A stretch of 64,000 nt of DNA, filler included, from Lenisia limosa (lineage: Eukaryota; Protista; Breviatea), in the NCBI GenBank assembly GCA_001655205.1. It is 11 parts of 11 records of this genome, joined end to end, with 100 filler letters (N's around TTAATTAATTAA, not from the genome) between each part and the next. Parts side by side here need not be neighbours in the genome. Positions count along the whole stretch, not along the records: positions 1 to 10,335 come from LPNZ01008475.1; positions 10,436 to 15,629 come from LPNZ01010912.1; 9 more parts are not named here. One strand, given 5' to 3'. Shown here piece after piece: positions 1-10,537 of the stretch. Position 1 is the stretch's first letter, and each line of letters starts with the position of its first letter. The position numbers and the translations under genes were made by a program. Below the pieces are notes generated by a model that was not told where the DNA came from, did not search any database, and saw only the letters and a program-made list of their open reading frames with translations.

Positions 1-35
1 TGCAGAGACCCGATAGTGATTCGATCCCCCCATAC

Positions 36-3000
36 CTGCAGAGACCCGATAGTGATTCGATCTCGGCGGATAATGTCCTCAAGCTCGTCACAGCGCTGCT
101 CGGCCTGGGATGCGGCCTCCATCATTTCGTCGCTTCTTCTCTTCCACTCCTGTTCGCTCGCCCATCTAAGGGGCGTGAAAGAAGCAAAAACGGAAGGGGG
201 GAGGGAAGGGAAGGTAGGTGAAAATGGACATTTGATAATTGATCAAAGAAGCAAAAAAATAAAATAATGGAAAATAGGGGGGGTAAGTATCACCAAATTC
301 CCACCTCACAAAAAAAACTTGTTTTTGTTTCGTATCATAACCAAAATAAAAAGACAACTGACAATTTTTTCTTAAAAAAAAAAAAACAACAAACAAAACA
401 AAAAAGAAAAANNNNNNNNNNNNNNNNNNNNNNNNNNNNNNNNNNNNNNNNNNNNNNNNNNNNNNNNNNNNNNNNNNNNNNNNNNNNNNNNNNNNNNNNN
501 NNNNNNNNNNNNNNNNNNNNNNNNNNNNNNNNNNNNNNNNNNCGTTGTTGATTTCTGGAGGTGGAGGGGTGGTTTTTAGCTGATTTCTGGGGAGGGGGGT
601 GGAAAGAGGTCGATTGTAATTAGGGCTTCCCTGCGGTCCCAAAAAAAGACTGAATTTCCCCGATAAATCCTCGATAAATCTCGATATTTTGACGGTCTTT
701 TTCGGACCGCAGGGAAGCCCTAATTGTAATACTACATATGATATAGTGTAGCAATAATCAATAAAAAAATTTGGTTGTATCTGGCCGANNNNNNNNNNNN
801 NNNNNNNNNNNNNNNNNNNNNNNNNNNNNNNNNNNNNNNNNNNNNNNNNNNNNNNNNNNNNNNNNNNNNNNNNNNNNNNNNNNNNNNNNNNNNNNNNNNN
901 NNNNNNNNNNNNNNNNNNNNNNNNNNNNNNNNNNNNNNNAGTAAAATTGGAAAATTATAAAATGAAAAAAAGTCCAAAATCAACAAGAAGGAAGAGGGGT
1001 ATATCATATAATTTCTGAAGGGTTCTTGATTAATATGGTTGCTGGGGGGTACGTGGTCCCAGTATATAAATATATCATATTTGTCCCTGTATAGTATTCA
1101 TGTTATACATGTGTATTATTCCATCTCTCAAAAAATCCCCTCCATACTAGCATTGTCGACAAGCATTGCACCGTCCTCCTGTTGTTCCTCCGGGTTTGTC
1201 ATGACGAACTTGCTCCAAACATCAGCTAACTCGGCCTTAAGGTCCACAATAGTCTGCAGGCATGAAATATAGTTTTTTTTTTATAGGATGAACCCAAAAG
1301 AATTATTCATCGAGAAATTCAGTAATTGTAAGACTTGGGAAGCGCTGATCATAATCTAATAAAAAAAAAAGATACAGTATAAAATCTACTAAAATATGAC
1401 ATGTAAATAGATTCTATCATATACATAATACATAATATGATATAATACTATATGATATTGCAATAAGAAATACAAAAACAAGGTTGCATCTGGCCGAAGC
1501 CGTCCACGCCATCACGCTTATCAGAGATATTGAATTTTAGTAAAATACTATTTCACCCAATCATTTGCCTTACTCTGTGAACACAGCTTTCTGCGTGCCT
1601 CCCCAGCAAATACACATTTTGCCCACCTTCTGCGCCTGGTGCTCGGCTTCGGCTAGTTCAGACAGGCGGTAATGAGCCTTTTTGAGCGCCTCTGTTTGAT
1701 CGTCTTCGTGAAGCTGGGGGGAGGGGTAAAATAGGAAAATTTATGAAATAAAAAAGCCCAAATCAATTCTGTTGCCTTACAACTCTGCTCACACAGCTTT
1801 CTGCGTGCCTCCCCAACATACCACCTACTTAGGTATAGCACAGCCTTCCCCCCTCACCTGCACTTTCTCAGCATCATTTCGAGCCTCCTTCAGCTTTGTT
1901 TCCAAATCTGCAACCTGCTCGACCAAAGTAGCAGTCTTCGCCTTGGCCTCCTGAGAGGGGAATGATAAAAACATACAATATACGAAATTAGATATACTAT
2001 ACATAATTATATCAATTACTAGCAAAGTCAAAATAGCGGGATGATTCCTTCATTTTGTTTTGCGGTCTGCTTTAAGAATTCTACTCCTATTTAATTCTTG
2101 CCTTGATACAGTTAGAGCACTGACACATATGACACAGTTAACTCATATGACACAGTTAGGGCATTGATTGATTAATTAGGTCATTTTTTTGATGAATTTT
2201 AATTTTGAGTCTTAAAGCCAGAAAAACCAAATATTGGCCCAGTTTTCATCCCACATTCAATTTCTGGTTGTTTTGAGTTTTTCAAAAGTTTATAGTAGTA
2301 TATATAGAGAGAGGGGGGGGGGGGNNNNNNNNNNNNNNNNNNNNNNNNNNNNNNNNNNNNNNNNNNNNNNNNNNNNNNNNNNNNNNNNNNNNNNNNNNNN
2401 NNNNNNNNNNAACATTGGCGTCGGAAGATGACGCTTCCGATATATCATCAGATCTCTTTGGCGATGATGATGGTTCGGAAGTGATCGGAACCTCGGAAGC
2501 TTCGGAAGTGGTCGGAGAAGATGAGGGTTCCGAAGTCGATGATGATGCTGTTGGGAGAGATGAGTGGTAATTGAGGGGGGAATGAACATATTATGAAACA
2601 AAAAACTCCCTCTGTTGACTAAACAACTGAGAAACACACGAGGGTTGAAAACAACAAAACAAAGCCCAGGCAAGTCGCTTTTAGCACCACATCCCATCAG
2701 TGATAAATGAGTGAATTAATATGATAATAAACATAAAACAGAAGGGGAGGGGGGGGCAACATCTGCAAGATATGTGCATACCTGCAACAGATCTCCAATA
2801 AAAAATCAGTCATCCCGATATCCCATCCATAAACCCACCTGAGGGCTCTTCTTCGTTGTTCAGAATTTGGTATCTTGGAGTTTTCTAAAAGGTGAACATA
2901 ATCACTTATAACATGATTTTATTAAACCCGTGTAAATATAATTTTGGTATTTTATAAAAAGTGACAGAAGATCTTATCCCCTTGGGGCCTAAGCCCCCTT

Positions 3001-6000
3001 TTTTTGGAAATGCTACTTTGCAGTAAAACATGGAAAATCTAACCGCCAATTTGGTTGTTTAAAATTCTAAGATTTAAAATTCTAAAGGCAGATTTACGCA
3101 GCATTTGGGTTCCTCAATAACATGATGTTTATTATATTGTACCAAGGGCTTCACTTAGGTCTGAAAACAACCGGCAAAATATCGGTAGTTTTCGAGGAAT
3201 TATCGAGTAATTCAGTCTTTTTTTTTTGAACCAAAGCGACGCCATCATTGCACCCCCCACGTTGTGAGTTTTGAGGTTCTCAATAGCCTCCTCCAAAGCA
3301 GGGATGCACAGGGTTTGCTGGGGGGGTGGAGTTAAATTTGGAAAATTTATGAAAAAAAAAGCCCAAAATAAACTCTGTTGTCTGACAACACACGAGGGTT
3401 GAGAACAACAAAACAAACAAAGNNNNNNNNNNNNNNNNNNNNNNNNNNNNNNNNNNNNNNNNNNNNNNNNNNNNNNNNNNNNNNNNNNNNNNNNNNNNNN
3501 NNNNNNNNNNNNNNATTTCTAATGTATATTATTTCTCTTGTTATCCGCCGCCCCTCCAACAGATCTGAGATCGTCATTTTCGATACGCAATTCAGCTATT
3601 TCGTTCTGAAGAGTCAAAGCAAATTTCATGACATGTGGTGTGTGTGTGGGGGGGGGGCGGGGACAATTGAACATTTAAGAATAATAGTAAACAATACTAA
3701 TAAAAACAAAAATATCTAAAAAATTACCACTAATAAAGAAACACTCCTAAGCCGTCTAAAACACACCTTGTACGTCTCTTTCAAATCCCTGTGCTTTGTC
3801 TCAGTAATTGCAGCAGCTGCCTGCATCTCTTCAATGGAACACAGTAATATCCGCCCCTCCTCCCTCTGCTCCTGGAGTTGGCCAGACGTTTCTGTCAAGT
3901 TCTTGATAGAAATGTCCAGTTTTTCTTCGATTTCTGCCAGTTTTCTTTCCTTTTCTACCAGGTTTCTTTCCTTTTCTGCCAATTTCGCCTCATTTTCGGT
4001 CATTTTACTATGGGCCTTGGCAAGGTCCGCAGAAGATTCAGCCGTCTGCCCCTCAAAAGCGGACAATATCTCGGAAACATCTGATAATTCTGCCGACACT
4101 TCGACAATAGTGGCGCTTTTTTCCTCCATTTCCCGAGCCAGGTTTTCGTTTTCCTTCTTCAGCGCCTCGGATTCTTCGGAAGTGGAAGCTGCAGTCTTCC
4201 GAAGTTCCGACATTTCGGCGGTTAACGCTGTGATTTCGGCATCTTTGTTAGTTATTTCGTTGCGGAGATCTGAGAGATCTGAAGTTGAGGTTTGCGTGGT
4301 GGCGCGCATTGTTTGTATGGTTTCACGGGCAATTTCAAGGTCAGCGTTGGCAGAGGATAGAAGCTCCTAAATTGTATAAATACTGGTCTGGATTGAAATA
4401 TTTTAAAATTAAAACAATTGAAATACCCACCTCCAGTCTTTCCACCTTTGCCGTCACGGCGGAATTCTGGGTTTGTGCTTCGGAGAGCTGAGCTTCTAGA
4501 ATCTTGTTGTTGCTTTTGACCTGGAACATGAGGATGGACTTGATACATATTTGGATTCATTCCCAATTTTTATCAATAATTGAGTTATACAGCAATGAGA
4601 AATAAAAAAAACAAGGATGTATCTGGCCGANNNNNNNNNNNNNNNNNNNNNNNNNNNNNNNNNNNNNNNNNNNNNNNNNNNNNNNNNNNNCATTTGGCTT
4701 ACAACTCTATACACACAGCTTTCTGCGTGCCTCCCTAGCATACAATATTGAGATAATCATTTCTAGTTAGTATACCAATTGATTGATACCTATTTGAAGT
4801 AATTTCTTCAAAAATGAACTAAAGGGATTTCAAGGAAATAGCTAATGCTACAATGTGAAAAGGACAACTAGGTCGCAGTAATTTTTTTGCACCAATTAGA
4901 GCTTCACTTCGGTTCGAAAAAGATCGGTGAAGCCCTTGCACCAATTAATTTATGTAAACCCCCCCCCCCCTGACCTTGGAAAACGCGGTGGCGTGGCCTG
5001 ACATTTCAGCGATCTGAGATCTGGCCGCCTCCAGCGCCGCGTCCATCAGCAGGGACCGGTTCTGGGGGGGGGGGAGTAAACGAAAGGAAATCNNNNNNNN
5101 NNNNNNNNNNNNNNNNNNNNNNNNNNNNNACACTATTTCACTTTCTGTTATAAATATACGTCACCAGAATTGATGCTGCAAATTTAGAAGAAAGGATCAA
5201 TGAGTTGTTGGTTATAAATGAGCCCGAAGAAGTCGCTGCGCAGAGATTTCAGGATTTAGCTGATCGTGAAATATTTATTGAAGCAAATACTAAAGTCGAA
5301 TCCGAATCTGACTATTTCACTTTTTGTTATAAATATACATCACCAGAATTGGTTGCCTCTTTTAAATAGAGTTCTAAACTTGCTTCAAGTGTCATTTCAG
5401 TTATCGAGGATTCATGGATTAGTTTGAGAGAAAGTGACAAGAAAGTCTATTTTGAATTAACACTAGGGTTTCTCCGATAGACAACGAACGAATATCTCCA
5501 TTCTCTCGGTATATCTTGATACTCTCGGCATATTTTGATTGTTACAGGAATGGTACTCCCTCCATACTTCGGCCTCCATGAGTTTGTCCTTATGTTCTTT
5601 GAGGAGGGCCATGTGCTCATCTTCAAGCCTGGGGGGAGAGGGGGTTAAATGAAGGAAAGTTATTAAACGAAAAAAGCCAAATCAACTCTGTTGGCTGACA
5701 ACACACGAATAACAAAACAAGGCCCAGGCCGGTTGCTTCTGCAACACCGCATCCCATCACTCCAATAAACAAAGCCCAGGCCAGTCGCTTATGCACCACC
5801 GCATCCCATCACACCTCCAGGTGAGATAAAAAAAAAGAGCCCAAATTCAACTCTGTTAGCTTAGTATTTGGGAAACACGAGGGTTTAAAACGACAAACAA
5901 AAAAAGCCCAGTTCAGTCACAATAACATGAGGTAGACAGCCTACCCTGCCATTCTATTAATGTATTATCTTGCATTCCACAACATATATAAAAAAAAAGA

Positions 6001-9000
6001 GGGGCTGGAAAGATATGAAACAAAATAAAAGTCCAAAATCAGTTAGCAACACAATGGCAAATTTGGAGATCAATCTAAATCAGAAAACAANNNNNNNNNN
6101 NNNNNNNNNNNNNNNNNNNNNNNNNNNNNNNNNNNNNNNNNNNNNNNNNNNNNNNNNNNNNNNNNNNNNNNNNNNNNNNNNNNNNNNNNNNNNNNNNNNN
6201 NNNNAATTCGGACTGGAGAGCCGACTCCCGCGAAACAGATGCGCGTAAGTGCGCAGTCAACTGTTTTGCCGCTACTACCAAGGTGAAACAAAAAAAAAAG
6301 GGGGGGAATATATACATTTTCCTAAGGTACTTTTTCCACGGTATTGTATAACATATCCTATCCCATGTATGCAATGCCCGTCACGTTGCCACCCAATGAC
6401 GGGCTTCAGGTGGAAAACAATGATTGAAGCATTTAAAGAAATACAATTAATAGGTTNNNNNNNNNNNNNNNNNNNNNNNNNNNNNNNNNNNNNNNNNNNN
6501 NNNNNNNNNNNNNNNNNNNNNNNNNNNNNNNNNNNNNNNNNNNNNNNNTGGAATATAAATTTTGAAATAGTAAAATAATAATATCCTCAAAATTTAATTG
6601 CAGTCTGACGGAGTGATTTTTATTGATATTATTGAGTCAATTTTAAGATGATATAAAATGGGAAAAAAATTTCTGTGTACATTTAATCATTGATAACATT
6701 TCGATATTTTTGAATTTTTCGGTTAACCAATTCAATATCCAGAACCGAGTGGGCTTGTGAAGGCTCTAAATTAGGGTATAGACTACTTATTCAGTAAATT
6801 ATATCAAATTTAATTGAAATCAAACCGAGTGGGTTTGACTAGGGTCGTTCTGAGCGTCGCTTCTACGAACAATTAGAATGTGGTTATTTCAGCAAAATGT
6901 CAAATAAGTAGAATGAGACTTGGATTTTGGAAAAATGTCCAAAAATAATGTCGCTTTTACAAAATAATTAGAAATTTTGAATGGGCTGTTTATTTTAGAT
7001 CTGTTAAATAAAATAGTGATTTAAATTTTTAAGTACACATTTTGATATTACTAAATGCCGAACAGTTAGAATGGGCGTTATTTCAGCAGTTAGACCGTTA
7101 TTAAAGTTATAGTAAAACACCATGTGTCAAATAAGTAAAATACGGTGTTATATTATAGATGATATGAATTATCCAAACTAGTACCTATTATTTACATGAT
7201 ATATCCAAGCAATGTTGCTCCGTACCGGAGAGAACTGCGTAAAACATCACCCGACGCGCGATCCTGCGGCGACGCAAATAACGCCGCCCTTGTAATCGGC
7301 GAAAAGGCAGGCATACGCGGCCGCGGTTGGGGCGTGAACTGGATGATGTAAAATTATATAAATAAATTGAGAGAAATATCATATGACACGGAAATTGAAC
7401 TTTATCAATCGTGTCAGAGCTTATCGCGGCAGTATATTATATCATATTCAAGAATTTGGCCAAAGGAGAGCCACCAATCCAATAACAGCGCCAATTTTCT
7501 TATTTGAGAACCTGTTTAAATGGATCGAGGTCACTGATACTTTGTATGACATGGAGGAAGTAAATAAACCAATATATGAAACGAAGAGAGGAGAAAAAAA
7601 AATAAGGGACTGAATAAGGGACTGCACACCATCATAGAGACACTGGATTAGAGTATAACATTGACTTACACAATCATTGCTAAAATCAATAATGGAGTGC
7701 TTTTCGATTCCAAAAAGGTGACAGAATACCGAAATTTATTGAGGAAATGATTGATATTTATCAAAGAGTGTGTCGAATACAAGCCAGAAGAGAAGTTCCA
7801 AGAAAACGCACAGGGGAGTAAGTTGAGTCAGCACATCGGGCCTCCAGTTCCTTCACATATTCCTGCGATAATAAGAAAACACAAGGGGAATTCTGTTTTT
7901 GCAGTAACGTTCCTATAGAAACTAGAATAATGCAGTAAAGTCTCTATTGCAGCTAGGGTCATAAAGAGTCAAGTCTATTGAAACTAGGATCGTAAAGATA
8001 AAGTCTCTATTTCTATTGAAACTAGTATCATAATTCAGTTAAGGCTCTATTCATACTAGGATTATAAAGAGTAAAGTTTCTTGTCAGTGTATATTGGAAG
8101 TTTTATAATACATACACACAGGCTAAAATACTAACAGAAACTTCTGAATATGGGTACATAGTGATATTGAAAAATTTGACACCACAACAGAGCCCACCTT
8201 TAAATCAGAAATAGCGCTTTGTTTGGGATGTGGCGATTGGGGAGGCTTGGACGAGGAGGCTGTACTGGTCTGGGGTTTTGAGAGAAGAATAGTTAACTAT
8301 GACCACGGATATTGAGCTTTATCTTTGGTCAACTTATCGTAGTCTGTGACATATTGTAAATGGAACTCCATTTCAGACACTTTATTGTCAAATCAGAAAT
8401 AATTAATTGCACTGAGTCATAGTATAGATAAAGTAGAATAGATGCAAAACGAAGAACGCTTCCTAACTGGAATATTTTTCATATTTTACAGACTAGGATG
8501 AAAAAACCTCAGGCCAACATAGTAACCCAATAATTAACTGTGATAGAAATTTCTCCATAAATAAAGACAATTTCAAAGCCGTTCACAACCCCCACCTTGA
8601 AGTGATCACTCGAGCTGGGTGTAACTGCCCTACAACAGTGTGAGTGATCAGTGAGGAAAGGTCCTCATTAAAAGCCATTTACGTACATATCACTTCCGAT
8701 TTGACCTTGGAGGCTCTCGATGGCGCTCTGGTTGAGCGTAGAGGGATATTGAGAGAGGTCATCAGCGAAACTGGCTAAGCTTCCATTTAGATCCGATTCA
8801 TCAGCAAATTTAACCCCTTTTGAGGAGGCAGCACCCTTGTTGGATTCCTCAGATGACATCTTCTTCATCACCTAGGGAAGTTGCTCCATTATTCACCTTT
8901 CTAGAATATATTTTTCTTTATATATGCAAATAATTGAGCGAGAATAATTGTCAAAAGGCAAAATAATGAAATTTGCAAATTAAATACTTAGTGTACCTAG

Positions 9001-9020
9001 GACTACCTTCGTCCTCAGAC
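36..9020 (-). CDS. Multi-exon long coiled-coil protein, 3' end outside window
   Basis: GT-AG bounded exons include 36-165 (WASEQEWKRRSDEMMEAASQAEQRCDELEDII), 1627-1713, 1858-1950, 3769-4366 (heptad-rich, KLAEKERNLVEKERKLAEIEEKL), 4431-4521, 4975-5061, ~5570-5628, ~7770-7852, ~8200-8277 and ~8690-8873. 5' end approximate. Confidence 0.7.
621..722. mobile_element. hAT-like MITE, family H1, intact copy
   Basis: TIRs TAGGGCTTCCCTGCGGTCC / GGACCGCAGGGAAGCCCTA with an exact 8-bp TSD ATTGTAAT (613-620, 723-730). Confidence 0.88.
4897..4937. mobile_element. H1 MITE, 41-bp internally deleted copy
   Basis: TAGAGCTTCACTTCGG...GGTGAAGCCCTT with an exact 8-bp TSD GCACCAAT (4889-4896, 4938-4945). Confidence 0.85.
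7919..8072. repeat. 33-bp minisatellite (AAACTAGGATCATAAAGAGTAAAGTCTCTATTG)
   Basis: About four degenerate units here and about three at 45552-45660. Confidence 0.8.
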
Positions 9021-9145
9021 CGCAATTTAACCAAAATTGCCGAAAAAATCGGAAAAAAGTTTTGAATAATAAGGAAAGTGTAGGAACAAAGAATAATCAT
9101 CGGATTAAAGCTCTTTTTAGAACCGGAATTTCAGACCAGTAGAAA

Positions 9146-9869
9146 ATGGCGCCTCAAGCGATCGTTGACGGCCTCCGTACAAGTACAGATGAGCTGAGCT
9201 CCTACATTAAGGACATTAACGCGGGAATGAAGGTTCTCTTTGACCTTGGCGAGGCTTACGCTGATGATGGTCTCTATGGATTCCCAGATCAAGCTGAAAA
9301 GGTGTCTGGGGTTCTCCCGGGTTATGTTGGGTTTTATAGTGGGTAGTCAGCGGAATTGAGGCGCCTATTTAGCTTTTAAAATGACTGTGAATTACGCCAA
9401 ATTTATGAATTATTTTTCGAGCACGAACTTGTTCTGATATAAAATTACCAACTTATTTTGACTTCGTATTTCTTGTATTAGCAAAACACAAACCTATTTT
9501 CCAACATAGTACGAATTTGTTTTTGTTACAAAGTACGACTCGGATTACTTCTGAGGACTCCACGCAATTAATTAATCACCAGTCCTGAAATGTAGAGATA
9601 AGAAATATACAGTGACCAGTATAAGTCTTAACCGTTTGCAATGTGATTTCCCTAGCACAAGACATATCCCGGTCACAGTATAGGCAAAAATTGTATAACG
9701 CAGAGTCCAAGATAATATTGACTTTCAGATATCCCTCTCGATTCCTTCAATCTTTTCCCTTCACCTCTTATTTCCCCGAGGATTTTAACTCGAAATTTGC
9801 AGGTCAATGACATTGTAACGCAGTATTCGAAGCTACTGAAGGTCCGACTGATGGCTGAGGTCGAAATTA
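9146..9869 (+). CDS. 5' exons of an unknown gene, divergent from the coiled-coil gene
   Basis: ATG 9146 (MAPQAIVDGLRTSTDELSSYIKDINAGMKVLFDLGEAYADDGLYGFPDQAEK|gt), then an exon after tttgcag at ~9804 (VNDIVTQYSKLLKVRLMAEVEIK|gtagggagggggg). No family recognised. Confidence 0.45.
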
Positions 9870-10335
9870 AGTAGGGAGGGGGGTATAAGGTGAATGGCTT
9901 ATAATACCATCATATCATAATTCCTTTGACATAAACTACCATATCATGCTTGGGAGAGTGCCGTTGTATCATGCCTGGGAGAGTGCCGTTGTAAATATTG
10001 TATTGATAAATCCTGGAATGGGAGACGCAACAGATTATTTGCCGAAATAGTGACGGTAGTTTATGGCTCCCATTCCATAGATATATAGCTATATATAATA
10101 TAAGCAAGCTTACTCTCCCAAGGGTGATATTGCACCCCTGATTTCAGCATACACTTCCCTATGGTCCGAAAAAGACCGGTAAAATATCGATAGTTTTCGA
10201 GGATTCATCGTCTGAAAAAGACCGGTAAAATATCGATAGTTTTCGAGGATTTATCGAGAGTCAGTTTTGTTTTAGGGCTGGGAAGCCCTAGATTGCTTAC
10301 AGTATATAATACTAGTTTCTTTTTATAAAAATTGT

Positions 10336-10435
10336 NNNNNNNNNNNNNNNNNNNNNNNNNNNNNNNNNNNNNNNNNNNNTTAATTAATTAANNNNNNNNN
10401 NNNNNNNNNNNNNNNNNNNNNNNNNNNNNNNNNNN
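10336..10435. other. Artificial contig linker (first of ten): N44-TTAATTAATTAA-N44
   Basis: Identical 100-nt structure at 10336-10435, 15630-15729, 20236-20335, 29085-29184, 30437-30536, 32518-32617, 44266-44365, 46074-46173, 55080-55179 and 62597-62696. TTAATTAATTAA gives stops in all six frames. Confidence 0.97.
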
Positions 10436-10537
10436 ACCCCTCTGAGGGACCCCCTCTATCACTTAAAAAAAAGGTATATGCTAGTTGATTCTGGGTTTTT
10501 TCTTTGATAAATTTAAATTTTACTCTCCCCTCGTCAG

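Noticed and set aside
3768-4370. Long plus-strand ORFs 3768-4370 and 56413-56910/56429-56701
   Set aside because: These are antisense shadows of low-complexity coiled-coil or acidic exons on the minus strand.
6600-7180. AT-rich stretch with loosely repeated TTAGAATG(T/G)G..TTATTTCAGCA and AACCGAGTGGG(C/T)TTG words
   Set aside because: Too degenerate to define a unit or termini, and no second locus was seen in the window.
10380-10391. Recurrent TTAATTAATTAA palindrome and ORFs ending in ...LIN
   Set aside because: It is always centred in exactly 44+44 Ns and gives six-frame stops, so it is a contig-joining linker. Gene adjacency across these linkers is meaningless.
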